Below the pieces are notes generated by a model. It worked only from the letters and a program-made list of their open reading frames with translations. It did not search any database and was not told the origin of the DNA. This document shows, piece after piece, positions 18,635 through 30,587 of a DNA stretch of 64,000 nucleotides (the first letter of the stretch is position 1; each line of letters begins with the position of its first letter). The translations under genes and the position numbers were made by a program. The stretch comes from a virus. The DNA is taken from positions 32,001 to 96,000 of the IMG/VR virus record IMGVR_UViG_3300035698_001735; one strand, given 5' to 3'.

Positions 18635-21600
18635 TTGCCTGTGTGCCGCATAGACCTCGACGGTAAGACTTGGTATGGATCGCGAGTAGAAATACTAGGG
18701 CCTAGTGAAATGATATACAGTGCAGACAACCCTAGAAAGTGTGGTGCTAAGTTGTGGATTGAAACTGCTGCCGAGGTTATTATACACGACAAAACTACAT
18801 ATAAGGAGATGATGAATGAACACAATTGAAGCTATGCAGAATGCCTGCGACAAAGCAGCACAAGCACTATCAGCAGCAAGCCACGCACACATCGTTGCCG
18901 AAGAATCACAAACTGCATTCAATCAAAACAAAACTACAGCTCAGTTAAACGCACACAACGGATTGTGCTTAGCTAGGATGACCAATGCGGCACGCGATGC
19001 GTTTCGTGCTGCATATGAATGCAATGAACGTACTGCTCACGCATTAGCAGCAGCACAACAAGCACAAGCATATCAAAAGAAAGCCGACTTAAGTAATCTA
19101 TAAATACTTAACAAGGAGTATACCATGTTAGAAGTAATAATAGTTACAGAGGTAAGACGCGGTGCTTATGAAGGCGAACAGGTACTGTTGGGTATATTCT
19201 CCAACCCGCACAAAGCCGAGCAGTGCAAGATTGATTACCAAAGTAAGAATCCTAGCTGCGGGCTACTGGAATCAGAACACGTACAGCTAGATACATATCA
19301 TTTCCCCTTCACACCTTAATTAGTTTAAAAACTACTTTACATTTCCTTAATAGTGCGCTATACTAACTATACAAATTATTTAACAGGGCTTAATAATGAA
19401 CGAATTTCAAGAAGCAGAAGTAAATGTGCTACTGGACTTATTTAGAGGTCAGCTAAGCTCAGATTACGAAGCCTCCCTCAGCAACGAGGAGTTATCTAAC
19501 TATTTCGAAGAGCGCTTGCTGCGCTTAGTGTCAGTTACTAATCTTGAAGCAGAAGTAGATAGTGTCGACGAACAATGTGAATTACTAGAACACCCGGGCT
19601 TTGAGATTAAAGACGGGGTATGCCGCATAGAACACAACGGTCTTGAGTTTGACTTTTCATGCACTGATCTAACACTAGATGCTCTTATTGACAGAATAAT
19701 AGAAGAGTCATATAGTGCAGGCATAGAAGCAGGCAAGGACGAGCAAAATAAACAACTTAGAGAACTTATAGGATTATAAAATGGCATTGTCGAATTGTGT
19801 TAGATGCTGGGAAACACCTTGTGTCTGCGGACACGAGTATAGAAACTATACATTTAAGCGTAGACTAGACTTAGCAGCCGCAGTAATGGGCATAGATCAA
19901 CCCTTGTTGCGAAAAGCGCTGTCGGAGTTAGTGCATCAAGACGATCTGTCAACTGAAATAGCAGAGCTCGAAGAGAGACTAGCTTATCTATACGAAAGGA
20001 AGAACTAATGAGTAACGCAATAGAGGAACAAAGACAATGATTACTTCTGCCGAAAGAGAAGCTGCATTTAGGAAAGACTTTAAGGCATTGATGTTAACGC
20101 ATTCCCCGGGCATCGTTGAATGCCAAGGCGCCGACGTTTTAGAAGTAACGCTTTTTAAAGTCGAAACCGAAGCTGGTGAATGCATTAAAGAGTTTTCACA
20201 ATTTTGGGTAAACTTAGATGAATAGCTATATGTTTCCGAAGATGGATAACGGACCAATAATGACCAGAGCATTTGACGGCACTCCCACTCCGGTCGAACT
20301 ACCGATTATGTCGTGTGGGGGAACTCCGATGTTTGATTTTCCTAGTGGGTGTTCGTATCGATGCGATCTTTGTAACGCGGTTATAGGAAGCGTTGGTCAG
20401 CCGCGTAGATGTAAAGAACTTAACAAAGACGACAGGAATTATTAAAATGATTAAAGTGATGTTTATTAATGACTTCGGCGAAAACGTCGTAACAAAAATG
20501 TGCGGTGTCCCGAGCAAAGGTGACTTAATTCCTGTGTTTAGCAATGCATTATCAGAAGTAACAAAAGTACTATGGATGCCTTTGATGATATATCCTGAAC
20601 TGAAAGAGAAAGATATAGATGTCCTAATAACGGTGAAATTAAAATGAAGCCAACTGACATTAACGAATATCGCGATAAACAGAAAACTACCGGCAAACTA
20701 AAACTAGCTTACACGAGTATTGATGCCGAAGGAAAAGAGTGGTCCTTGTATGTGTGCTCATACGAGTGTCCGGAAATGGGAGACATGACTTTCCACATAT
20801 GGGCAAAAAGCATGGTTGATGCCGAGTATCGAATGGCAATGATACAGGACAGTGCGGTAGTAATTGGTGCCCTTTACGAAATAGACGAAGAAGGCATACA
20901 AGACGTAACAGATGAAGAAGACGAGGAGGACGAATGATGCTAATAGGAATGCAATGTGATCTAATGCATGTACATAGTACAGAAATAATTTTGTATAGGG
21001 CAACGATAGTATCTGAGCCAATGTATGTAGACAGGGTTCGAAACGCAGTAATACACATATTAGTAGACGGAGAAATAAAAGAGGCATCTGCTTGCCAGTT
21101 GACTAATATACGCGCGGTTAAACCAAAGTTTCGAATAAGAAGCAAGTAAGGTTATTATATGAAAATTCTAAAACAAGTAAAACTAATTTTACTCACACTA
21201 AGTATACTATTAATAGTTGGTTGCGGTATAGACAGTTCCCAGGTACCGAACGAATTAAATCGTGCCATGGGTCCTATTACACTAGTAAGCGTAAGTCCTA
21301 AAGGTGTGCTTTTGTCCGACGGCAGGGGAGATATATATGCGTATACTGGATCTTCTGCGTTTGCTCAAATTCTTATATCTGGGCAATTAGCAGCAGGCAC
21401 AATAATAAAGCACAAGGAGAAAAAATAATGTTAATAGGAAAACAATGTACCGTAAGTGAAATATGTGATAACATTGACGTTTCGTATAGGGCAACGATAG
21501 TATCGAAGATGTATCCGAAGAAGACATTGAAAAATGCGCTAATACGCTAGAAGTAGCCACTCGCGGCGCTTACTATCGCGGCTGGCACTTGATTACTCCG

Positions 21601-23579
21601 GATCTAACTTAGTAACAAATCATTTATTACACATTAACACAACAGGAGAGTAAAATGAGCGGTGATTCAAAATTTTGGTTAGGTATGTGGGCTATAATAG
21701 CTTTGACTCTATTATCAATTATAGCAATCTCAACTAGTTTTTATAGACACCATAATGAGATAATGGTAAAAATGGTAGAAGCTGGCGCACATCCAGTAGC
21801 AGTTAGGTGCGCAATGGAAGATTCAATGGGAGACGATCCCGTTTGCGTTATATACGCTACTCGCGATAGCACAGGAGAATAACATGTCTGCCACGTTTAG
21901 AAAAGTCTTCATGGTAGGAACGATGCCTGAAAATAATTATGAAGATAGCGAAGTCCTTACTATTAAAGAAGGACAGACAGACGACGAAGCCTTTGCTCAA
22001 GCAATAGCTGCGTATGGCGACGACGAAGAATTTTATATTGACACCGAAGCGGATTGCAAAGGATGAAAAAGAAAGAACCAGATCTCTATCTTAAACAGCT
22101 AGGGTGCTTAACATTTTCAAACTGCGGGTGGAAAGGCTACGCGCAACTCGGCGGCAGGACATGCAAACATTTATTCCTTAACGTATGGATTACTGCATCT
22201 TAAACCAATCAAAAATAGAGTCATTACTTGAAAGTATAGTAAACATAATTATTGGATTTAGTGTTGCTATTGCAAGTCAGATTGTAATTTTTCCAATGTT
22301 TGACATACATATACCATTTGCTACCAACTTATGGATATGTGCTTGGTTCACGATAATTAGTTTAGTACGAAGCTACGTCATACGACGTTGGTTTAATGCA
22401 GGGTTACATAAAGCAATTGTTAAACTAGCCAAGAAGGTTGCACTACGATGAGCAGTACTACCTTATTCAGTGCATGGAAGAAGCGGGGAAGCCTATTTGA
22501 CGTAGAACATCGTCATGAGTGCAGGCTTAGAGATAGCTGCATTCCGTTAAATGAATGCTCGTGTGACTGTTACGAATTTGCTTTGTTTAGAGCAGGATAC
22601 GCGGCGGGACGAAGCACAATTACTAAGGATAAACATGAGTAAATTTGACAGGCCAGTAACGAGAAAACAAGAAAAGTGGATAATTACAATTGCACTTACT
22701 ATAGGAATATCTATATTAATATGGATAGGCATTACTGGTATAGTCCATACCGCAGGTACGAAAGCAACATTTGAATCTAAATGCACAGCTAAAAACGGCA
22801 TAGTAGCTACTACAGCCCACTCCTATAAGCCTATCTGCATTTCTACTAACTTTATAATTTCAGTGGAATAACAATGGAACTACCTGTTAATTACGACAAG
22901 GCTACGCCTAATGTTAGGAGACTAGTAAGAGAAGAGTATGTACGCATACAAGAGGGTAAGTGCTACTACTGCAAAGAATTACTATCTGGTCCTCCGAGTA
23001 AAAAAGTTAAAGGCAAGACAGTAAACCGAAAGCTATTCCCGCAAGGGTTCTTTAGATGGCCGGTGCATTTGCACCATAACCATAAAACTAGCATGACGAT
23101 AGGGGCTGTTCACAATTATTGCAATGCCGTTCTTTGGCAATATCACGGGAAGTAACAATGGAACATCAAATAGGAATGTGGATCTTTTACGCATGGGCAG
23201 GAGTAGCGCTTTTGTCAATACCTACTTTTTTATACACCTCCGTGTATACTAAACTAAGCGGCCTGGCAGTACTAGGACTATGTGTCGCGATTATGGCATG
23301 GCCAGCTACTCTGATGTATATTGTAGTAGCTGCAATAACTAATTTAGTTGAATGGGCGGGGCTAACGTCATTTACGTATTTACGTTCGTTAAAACAAGTG
23401 AGAAAATAACTATGTTAGAATATATAGCAATTCTAGGATTTACAATGGTTGGATACTTATTCCCAGAGTGGTTACTGATAATCACCAAAGCAGAATCAAT
23501 CGGTGTTCCGGTATCGCAGAATGTTCTAGCAGCAACGGCAGCGTTTTGTTTATCGACATATTACGTACTCGGAGCATAG
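18635..23579 (+). CDS. Array of ~20 short hypothetical ORFs, several with single TM helices
   Basis: Dense co-oriented ORFs with overlapping start/stop codons and SD motifs. Confidence 0.55.
22874..23155 (+). CDS. Small His-Me finger (endonuclease VII/HNH-like) protein
   Basis: CYYC...LHHNH..G..HNYCN pattern. Confidence 0.55.
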   Translation: MELPVNYDKATPNVRRLVREEYVRIQEGKCYYCKELLSGPPSKKVKGKTVNRKLFPQGFFRWPVHLHHNHKTSMTIGAVHNYCNAVLWQYHGK

Positions 23580-23631
23580 CACCAATACTATAGTCGGAAC
23601 TAAATACACAGTAACTACTAATATAGAGGCA

Positions 23632-24075
23632 ATGTGTATGTATACTTATAGGGCTATTATAAATCGAATTGTAGACGGAGACACAGTTGATGTTGACATT
23701 GACTTAGGTTTTAGTATGTGGATGCGCAATGCACGCATAAGATTAAAAGATCTCGATGCACCCGAGCAACGCACACGCGACTTAACAGTTAAAACATTTG
23801 GCTTAGCAGCAACAGCTAGGTTGGAAGAGATGCTACCAGTAGGACTCGAGTGCGTATTAATAACCAGCCTTGACACAAATGATAAATTTGGACGCATACT
23901 TGGTGCGTTTTGGTCAGGAGTTGCACCTGGGTTTGATAATCAAACTGTGAACGATTGCATGATAAACGAAGGACACGCAGTTCCTTACTACGACGGCAGC
24001 AACCGATCTTTGTTAGCTGGATTACACGAAAAAAATCGACAAAGATTAATAGCAGAAGGTAAAGTTGTTATATGA
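23632..24075 (+). CDS. Thermonuclease (SNase-like)
   Basis: RIVDGDTVDVDIDLGF, IRL.DLDAPE, DKFGRILG. Confidence 0.9.
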   Translation: MCMYTYRAIINRIVDGDTVDVDIDLGFSMWMRNARIRLKDLDAPEQRTRDLTVKTFGLAATARLEEMLPVGLECVLITSLDTNDKFGRILGAFWSGVAPGFDNQTVNDCMINEGHAVPYYDGSNRSLLAGLHEKNRQRLIAEGKVVI

Positions 24076-24542
24076 AGACTACACTCAGATGGTGGCTACT
24101 AACGTGCGTTACTGCGTTAATGGCAGTGGCATGTTGGCATTTTGGATTCACTGCATTATTGCAAGCAGCCGACGTAACTAAAATAGGATTTGTTATTATA
24201 GGGCTGTATGTTTTACTCAGCGCATACATAGGATATTTGTCTTATCATGTTGACAAGGATCCCGATATTGACATACGTCGAGCACTTAACTCTTTATGGT
24301 TTAGTTCAGATTCGTTTCTTACACTAGGCATGATAGGAACTGTAATTGGTTTTATTATTATGCTAGGCGCTTCGTTCTCGGACATTGACTTATCGGATAC
24401 CGCGACGCTAAAAGACGCGCTCGTCTTTATGGCACTCGGTATGAGCACGGCTATGTACACTACACTAGTTGGCCTTATATGTTCGCAACTACTCAAAATG
24501 CAGCTAGTTAGTTTAGAAGCCGGAAAAACCCTTGCAGAATAG
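24072..24542 (+). CDS. MotA/TolQ/ExbB-like membrane protein
   Basis: Four TM segments; LGMIGTVIGFI..GMSTAMYTTLVGL. Confidence 0.75.
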   Translation: MKTTLRWWLLTCVTALMAVACWHFGFTALLQAADVTKIGFVIIGLYVLLSAYIGYLSYHVDKDPDIDIRRALNSLWFSSDSFLTLGMIGTVIGFIIMLGASFSDIDLSDTATLKDALVFMALGMSTAMYTTLVGLICSQLLKMQLVSLEAGKTLAE

Positions 24543-25149
24543 ATATCAAACTACAACAGGATTCCGAGATTTACTTTTTAATTTAATCATCGGCATAACA
24601 GCAATGTTTTTCATAGCATTGATTATGATGAACCCTCCAGTAAAACAACACGATGCTCCTAAAAAAGCCGAGCTGTTAATAATTATAGAATGGACTAAAG
24701 ATTTCAACGATGATATCGACCTGTGGGTATTAGCTCCGGGTGATGTAAAACTATGGTATGGCAATAAGCAGACTGGTTTGCTTAATTTAGAACGTGACGA
24801 CCTGGGGTTTTCGACAGAAACAATAGCTAGTCAATCAGGTAGAAAAAATGATATATTGCCGATTAATAGAGAAGTTGCAGTAATCCGCGGGCCTATAGTA
24901 GGAAACTTTCAAGTAGCCGCGCATGTATATAATAGGCAAGGTGATTCTAGAGTGTTAACCGGACATATCACAGTGTCAGTCGTTAAGCTTAATCCTTACA
25001 AAGAAATGTATGTTAACCATTACACATACGACAAGCAAGCACAACAAATTACATTAGTTAACTTTGACTTAGATAAAGATAGCGTTGCTTCTAACTTTAA
25101 TAACTATCCAAACAACATCATCACAAACGATAAACCAGCAGGCCAATAA
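24532..25149 (+). CDS. MotB/ExbD-like single-pass partner with soluble domain
   Basis: N-terminal F.DLLF TM helix with conserved Asp, then DIDLWV..P..LERDD domain. Confidence 0.6.
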   Translation: MQNRYQTTTGFRDLLFNLIIGITAMFFIALIMMNPPVKQHDAPKKAELLIIIEWTKDFNDDIDLWVLAPGDVKLWYGNKQTGLLNLERDDLGFSTETIASQSGRKNDILPINREVAVIRGPIVGNFQVAAHVYNRQGDSRVLTGHITVSVVKLNPYKEMYVNHYTYDKQAQQITLVNFDLDKDSVASNFNNYPNNIITNDKPAGQ

Positions 25150-25620
25150 ATGAATAGTGAATTAGCACCATTAATTTTATCAGTTAGTATACTTGCTATT
25201 TTAGTATTATACATCGGCATAGCAGTAAAGCGCACTCCGTTGATGTTTCTTATTATTCCAATTGCGCTAGCTTGTAGTGTTGTTTCGTTTGTGAACGTTA
25301 ACAACTTATTAGGGTATCCGGTTGTTTCTCCTCTTAACGACAAATCATTATACTTATATCACACTATTTCGAATGATGCAAAATCAATCTATATATGGCT
25401 GATTGAACCAAAAGAAGAAAAGCCTAGAGCAGTTACTATTCCAAATACTGACAAAAGTAGAAAGAAAGTAGAAGATGCTGCCGAACAAGCTCGCAACGGA
25501 ATTCCGCAAGTGTTGCAAGTATTTGATGAATCTACGCCAGTTAACGGCAAGCAGTATGCAAGCGGGGAGTTTATCTTCTACAACTTTGATACTCCAGCAG
25601 CAGGCTATAAAACTCGTTGA
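25150..25620 (+). CDS. Two-TM membrane protein, third gene of the Mot/Tol-like triad
   Basis: Hydrophobic N-terminus; abutting previous stop. Confidence 0.6.
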   Translation: MNSELAPLILSVSILAILVLYIGIAVKRTPLMFLIIPIALACSVVSFVNVNNLLGYPVVSPLNDKSLYLYHTISNDAKSIYIWLIEPKEEKPRAVTIPNTDKSRKKVEDAAEQARNGIPQVLQVFDESTPVNGKQYASGEFIFYNFDTPAAGYKTR

Positions 25621-25685
25621 CATTGTGTTTGTTTTATAGTATAGTACACACATGCTTATTTTAGCATAACATGCTAGGAAATAAT

Positions 25686-26102
25686 ATGAATTTATACATA
25701 GACGGTGAGTGGAACAGTTTCGGTGGTGACTTAATATCAATGGCTCTGTGCGCCGAGAGCGGGGAAGAGTTTTATGAGGTACTAGCTTGTCATGATCCCG
25801 ATGAGTGGGTAGCAGTAAACGTCATGCCGATACTTAACAAAGAGCCAGTTACGCTTTTAGATTTTAAGATGAAGCTAGAAGAATTTTTAAATCAGTTTGA
25901 CAGTGTACACATCATTGCCGACTGGCCTGAAGACATACAGCATTTTTGCAATGCGTTAATAATGGGTCCCGGCTTCAGGATGAACACGCCGCCGTTATCA
26001 ATGGAAATAATTAGAATTGATTGTGCTTCTGCGGTGCCGCATAACGCACTTGAAGACGCCCGAGGAATACGCGCAGCTTTAACAACACAGAGGAATACAT
26101 AA
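25686..26102 (+). CDS. DEDDh-type 3'-5' exoribonuclease-like protein
   Basis: YIDGEW..LISMAL..HNALEDARGI. Confidence 0.7.
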   Translation: MNLYIDGEWNSFGGDLISMALCAESGEEFYEVLACHDPDEWVAVNVMPILNKEPVTLLDFKMKLEEFLNQFDSVHIIADWPEDIQHFCNALIMGPGFRMNTPPLSMEIIRIDCASAVPHNALEDARGIRAALTTQRNT

Positions 26103-26689
26103 TGTTAAGGTTTGCTATACTTGCACTTATAACGACGCTGTCTGTTGTAGTTGTTGTAGTTGTAACTTTATCAACTGTTGCCAAAGCCGAAGCAGATACT
26201 AGCTTCGCGGGGCCAATAATTGACCCATTGTTACACCCCCAGGTTTATTGCCTGGCCCAAAATGTTTACTACGAAGCACGCAATGACAGTCGTGCTGGTA
26301 AGTATGCAGTAGCTGACGCTGCATTAAATCGAGTCGAAAATAATTACTTTCCCAACACTGTCTGCGATGTAGTTCAGCAAGGCAGCCTCAATAGTGGTAA
26401 GGTCTTTACTATCCGCAAGCAACGAGATGGCACGTATAAGCGCTTTCCGTCTTGTCAGTTTAGTTGGTTCTGTGATGGCAAGTCTGATGTTCCGGATGAA
26501 AGCGAAGACTGGAGGCTAGCGCAAGCTATTGCTTGGCAAATAAAATACTACGGTAAATATAGAGGCATTACAGAAGGTGCCGACCACTACCATGCTGTTT
26601 ATGTAGACGCTGTATGGGCCGATTCGTTACTTAGAATTACCCAAATCGGACACCACGTATTTTATCGTTCTTCGTATAGGCGTAGATAA
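26102..26689 (+). CDS. SleB-like cell wall hydrolase
   Basis: CLAQNVYYEAR, NRV..FPNTVCDVV, CQFSWFCDG, GADHYHA, IGHHVFY. Confidence 0.9.
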   Translation: MLRFAILALITTLSVVVVVVVTLSTVAKAEADTSFAGPIIDPLLHPQVYCLAQNVYYEARNDSRAGKYAVADAALNRVENNYFPNTVCDVVQQGSLNSGKVFTIRKQRDGTYKRFPSCQFSWFCDGKSDVPDESEDWRLAQAIAWQIKYYGKYRGITEGADHYHAVYVDAVWADSLLRITQIGHHVFYRSSYRRR

Positions 26690-26706
26690 GATCATATAAA
26701 TACTGT

Positions 26707-28260
26707 ATGATATTAGGCATACTTACACTTATAACGGCACTTTCAATTAGTGCCGTAGCAATTTATTATTCAGTCGCCGGCTTAGTTGCAATCTTTGCAG
26801 CTTCGGCAATCTCCATCATTATCATGGGCAGTGTACTAGAGGTATCCAAACTAGTAGCAACTGTTTGGTTACACCGTTACTGGGACGAAACCGTACTATG
26901 GCTACGCATGTATTTGTGTGTTGCTATTGTCCTCCTTATGCTAATCACAAGCATGGGAATTTTTGGATTTCTTAGTAAAGCACACATCGAGCAAGCGTCC
27001 GCAGGCCAAGAAAGCGTAGCACAATTAGCACGTATTGAAAGTGAAATAGCAAGACGAAATGCAGTAATTGATCGCGCTGATCAAAAACTCCTAAAGACTG
27101 AGACCTCAGGCACTAGTGCAGACACAAACATACAAACACAAATAGACCGCGAACAAGCACGCATAGACAGCGCATATACGCGCATACAGCAAGCAGAACA
27201 ACGTCTAGTGCAACAGTTAGCACCTTACAAGCAAGAGCTTACTAGCGTTGATACTATCCTCTCCGACCTTCAGGCAGCTATCACTAGCGGCAACATTAAG
27301 AAAGCACAAAGCATTGCTGGCACAAACCCTGATGGAAGTTATGGGCCAAAAACAGCAGCCGCAATTGAAGCGTTTCGTGATGCACAGAACACTCGAAGAC
27401 AAGAGTTGCTTGCTACAGTTCAAGAGCTACGAAGTCAGAATGATAGTGCTAATCTCGCACGTAAACAAGTCGAAGATAGTAATAGTCTTATTACTCGATT
27501 GCGCGCACTGCTCGGACAAGATACCAGCATAGACTTAGATACTATTGTAGACGAACAGAACGCACGTATCAAATTAGCCACACTAGAACTTGATTCGTTA
27601 ACCGAACAAAAGTATAATATACAGGCTAACTTTCGCAAGCTAGAAGCGGAAGTAGGGCCAATTAAGTACATTGCTGAATTTATATACGGCGGCAAAGCGG
27701 ATAAAGAAATACTCGAAGCAGCAGTAAGTTGGATGATTGTGTTGATTATTATTACGTTTGACCCGCTCGCAGTTGCTTTGTTACTAGCAAGTCAGTATAC
27801 ACTAAAAGATCACTATGCAAAAAAGAAGACAGCTACTAAACCAGTAGTTGATGTGCGCACTCCTTCTGCAGAAGCAGTTGACGAATACCATGATTACGAA
27901 GTCAACGAGTTAGGGAAAGGAACAGACGGCAACGAATGGAAAGTTGTTGACGGACAAGTAGTCAAAGTGTCTGACAGTTCTATTCTGTCAGAACCGGAGC
28001 CTAGTGATCTAGATACAGCAGATGACGACGAATACTTGGTACTAACCACAGAAGAAGAACAACGAAAAGCTATATACAATTCATTTGACGAGTTAGTAGA
28101 GTGGAAAGAAGCCAAGCATAATTGGAAAACAAACAACCCGACATTAACTATCAAAGAACAAAAGAATCGATATATTAAAGGGTATATAGACAAATTGCCG
28201 TGGGAAGATCACGAAACAGGTATCTTTGATAACACTCCTGGGCGTGATTTGGAATCATAA
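26707..28260 (+). CDS. Membrane-anchored coiled-coil protein with peptidoglycan-binding-like motif
   Basis: Three N-terminal TMs, coiled coil, DGSYGPKTAAAIEAF, FDPLAV TM; TATAAATA upstream. Confidence 0.7.
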   Translation: MILGILTLITALSISAVAIYYSVAGLVAIFAASAISIIIMGSVLEVSKLVATVWLHRYWDETVLWLRMYLCVAIVLLMLITSMGIFGFLSKAHIEQASAGQESVAQLARIESEIARRNAVIDRADQKLLKTETSGTSADTNIQTQIDREQARIDSAYTRIQQAEQRLVQQLAPYKQELTSVDTILSDLQAAITSGNIKKAQSIAGTNPDGSYGPKTAAAIEAFRDAQNTRRQELLATVQELRSQNDSANLARKQVEDSNSLITRLRALLGQDTSIDLDTIVDEQNARIKLATLELDSLTEQKYNIQANFRKLEAEVGPIKYIAEFIYGGKADKEILEAAVSWMIVLIIITFDPLAVALLLASQYTLKDHYAKKKTATKPVVDVRTPSAEAVDEYHDYEVNELGKGTDGNEWKVVDGQVVKVSDSSILSEPEPSDLDTADDDEYLVLTTEEEQRKAIYNSFDELVEWKEAKHNWKTNNPTLTIKEQKNRYIKGYIDKLPWEDHETGIFDNTPGRDLES

Positions 28261-28308
28261 CTCTTACTTTCTAGTTTAGTGATAAATATAAAAACAAAAA
28301 GGATTATC

Positions 28309-29595
28309 ATGAGATATCGAGAGTTTATCCTCATTGAGGGATACAAAGAAGTACAAGACAAATTCAGCCAAGAAGCAGACCCCACCCAAGTAGCAACTGT
28401 CGTTGCTTCGTATAAGAAATTAGTAGATGCAAATCGAATAACCGGCAACGAACGTAATATTGATTGGTGGGGTAAACAGGGATGGGCTAACTTTGAGAAA
28501 TTTGTAACTGATACCCAAGCAATGCCAAGCCAAACCGTACAAAAGAAACGAAAAGACGCCGGCGATGCACATGTAATAGAAGAAACAGACAAATGGCTTA
28601 TAGTAGTTCCGCTTAATAAAGATGCCAGTTGCTTTCACGGAAAGGATACTAAGTGGTGTACAACTAAACCAGCTGCGGATCATTTTGAGGAATATTTCTA
28701 CGAAGATAGCATTACATTAATATATTTCATACGCAAAGCAGACACGCAGAAATGGGCAATTGCAGTTGAGGAAGATCGGCCAGTATATTTTGATGTAAAC
28801 GATAATAAAATGAATTCAAAAATATTTAATCAACAAACTGGACTAGACAGCGATAAGTATATTAAATTAGTAGGCGGCGATACAGAAGTCGGTAAAAAAG
28901 CCGAGGTTAGTAGAGAAACATATCGAGCAAATGTCAAAGAAATAGAAGCTCTTCTTAGACAATTCGAAATCGACAACACAACAGAAAGAAATAGAACAAT
29001 TGAAACTTTATTGTTCAAAACTAGGCACGTTCATCTGGCAGCTATGTATGTCGAATTGCTATACGAGAACAACAATGAGGAGCTGGTTGATTTCGATCAA
29101 CCGATGCAATCATTAGTTGCTAACGGCAGAACAATTAATAAGTTAAAAAATATAACCTTTAAAACAATGAAGCAGCAACTTAAGAACTACTGGTATGACG
29201 ACGACCTGCACGAGATGCTAGAACGTGGTTTAGATTTCGCTGCCGGAGTTGTAAGCAAGATTGCAAATGATTCAAAATTAGCTGCTGCTTACGCAGGAGC
29301 TGTACTTGGCAAGCGATGGCCCGAAGCAGAAGCTGCTATATCCAAAGACCCTGATGCGTCCCTTTATTATGTAGATCTTGTAATAGAACGCAGATGGAAA
29401 CCTTTCGAAGCTGTTATGTTTAAAGATCCAGGGACAGCCTACGAGTATGCACGATTTGCGGCGAGGAAAGGATGGATTGACGAACTACTAGCAGATCCTA
29501 AATGGAAGAAAGCTGAGGCTGTTATAGCCGCTCGCCCACCAACCCTCAAGCTCTACAACGCGTTCTTAAAAAAAATAGGCAAAGAAGAAATATGA
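28309..29595 (+). CDS. Late protein, probable internal virion protein
   Basis: Start MRYREFILIE after GATAAATA and AAGGA; ASCFHG..TKWCTT motif; WPEAE repeats. Confidence 0.65.
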   Translation: MRYREFILIEGYKEVQDKFSQEADPTQVATVVASYKKLVDANRITGNERNIDWWGKQGWANFEKFVTDTQAMPSQTVQKKRKDAGDAHVIEETDKWLIVVPLNKDASCFHGKDTKWCTTKPAADHFEEYFYEDSITLIYFIRKADTQKWAIAVEEDRPVYFDVNDNKMNSKIFNQQTGLDSDKYIKLVGGDTEVGKKAEVSRETYRANVKEIEALLRQFEIDNTTERNRTIETLLFKTRHVHLAAMYVELLYENNNEELVDFDQPMQSLVANGRTINKLKNITFKTMKQQLKNYWYDDDLHEMLERGLDFAAGVVSKIANDSKLAAAYAGAVLGKRWPEAEAAISKDPDASLYYVDLVIERRWKPFEAVMFKDPGTAYEYARFAARKGWIDELLADPKWKKAEAVIAARPPTLKLYNAFLKKIGKEEI

Positions 29596-29981
29596 AACAG
29601 GTATATTTAATAACACCTCCGGACATAGTTCGGAATCATAATTTTAGCTTACTGCTAGTGCATCCAAGTAAGCAAATGCGAGAAGACCTAACCGCTATCG
29701 TCGAGCCGTATAATATAAGCATGAACTTGTACATGTACGACGAAGAGCTACCTAGATACGATTGGTTGTTGAATATAGCTAAAATGAGTGATATAGTGGT
29801 AATTGATATAGACAACTGTCCGCCAGAGACTCGCGAGATAGTGCCATACTTATTAGGGCAATCCAACCTATACTGGTTGACACAAGGCGAAAACCTAGTG
29901 TATAATACATTAAGTACAAATAGAATCTATTCGTTAGAGTGGATAACACAACATCTAGGAGATGAAACAGTACATGAATAA
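29592..29981 (+). CDS. Hypothetical protein
   Basis: Coupled ORF. Confidence 0.65.
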   Translation: MKQVYLITPPDIVRNHNFSLLLVHPSKQMREDLTAIVEPYNISMNLYMYDEELPRYDWLLNIAKMSDIVVIDIDNCPPETREIVPYLLGQSNLYWLTQGENLVYNTLSTNRIYSLEWITQHLGDETVHE

Positions 29982-30264
29982 ACCACGTAAAAACTTTAGT
30001 CCTACTGGTTACAAAGGCGGCCCTTCAAGAAATGAATACGAAGCACCTAAGAAACCCGGACTTTCAGTAATTGTACGCAATGGCGACATTAACAAAGCAT
30101 TGCGTCAGTTTAAGAAGATGATAAGCGATGATGGCATTTTACAGGAATACCGTGACCGGCAAACTTACGTTAAGCCTAGTGCGAGGCGCAAAAAGTCTCA
30201 AGCTGCTGCGAAAGCGCGTTGGAATAAAAAGCAAGAAACCCTAACCACTGTTCGCAAATACTAA
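29962..30264 (+). CDS. rpsU: Ribosomal protein bS21 homolog
   Basis: V.VRNGDINKALRQFKK..GILQEYRDRQTYVKPSARRKK..AAKARW. Confidence 0.85.
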   Translation: MKQYMNKPRKNFSPTGYKGGPSRNEYEAPKKPGLSVIVRNGDINKALRQFKKMISDDGILQEYRDRQTYVKPSARRKKSQAAAKARWNKKQETLTTVRKY

Positions 30265-30275
30265 GGAGAACATAA

Positions 30276-30587
30276 ATGGCTATAGAGATCGACAACGACT
30301 TTGCAGTAGACGAAAAAGTAAATGAAACCGTAGACCTTCCTAGCAAATATAAAGTAATAATGATGAACGATGATCACACTCCTATGGAATGGGTAGTTGA
30401 TCTGCTAGTAACTGTATTCAAACACAGCGACGCGTCAGCTAAAAGTATTACTATGGAAGTACACACAGAAGGCTCGGCAGTAGTCGGGGTGTATAGCTTC
30501 GAGGTTGCAGAGCAAAAGTCAGTAGAGGCAATGAACGCAAGTCGTAATCTTGGTTTTGAGCTTATGGTTAACGTTGAAGAAGAGTAA
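30276..30587 (+). CDS. clpS: ClpS adaptor
   Basis: KYKVIMMNDDHTPMEWVV..VHTEGSAVVGVYSFEVAEQK. Confidence 0.92.
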   Translation: MAIEIDNDFAVDEKVNETVDLPSKYKVIMMNDDHTPMEWVVDLLVTVFKHSDASAKSITMEVHTEGSAVVGVYSFEVAEQKSVEAMNASRNLGFELMVNVEEE

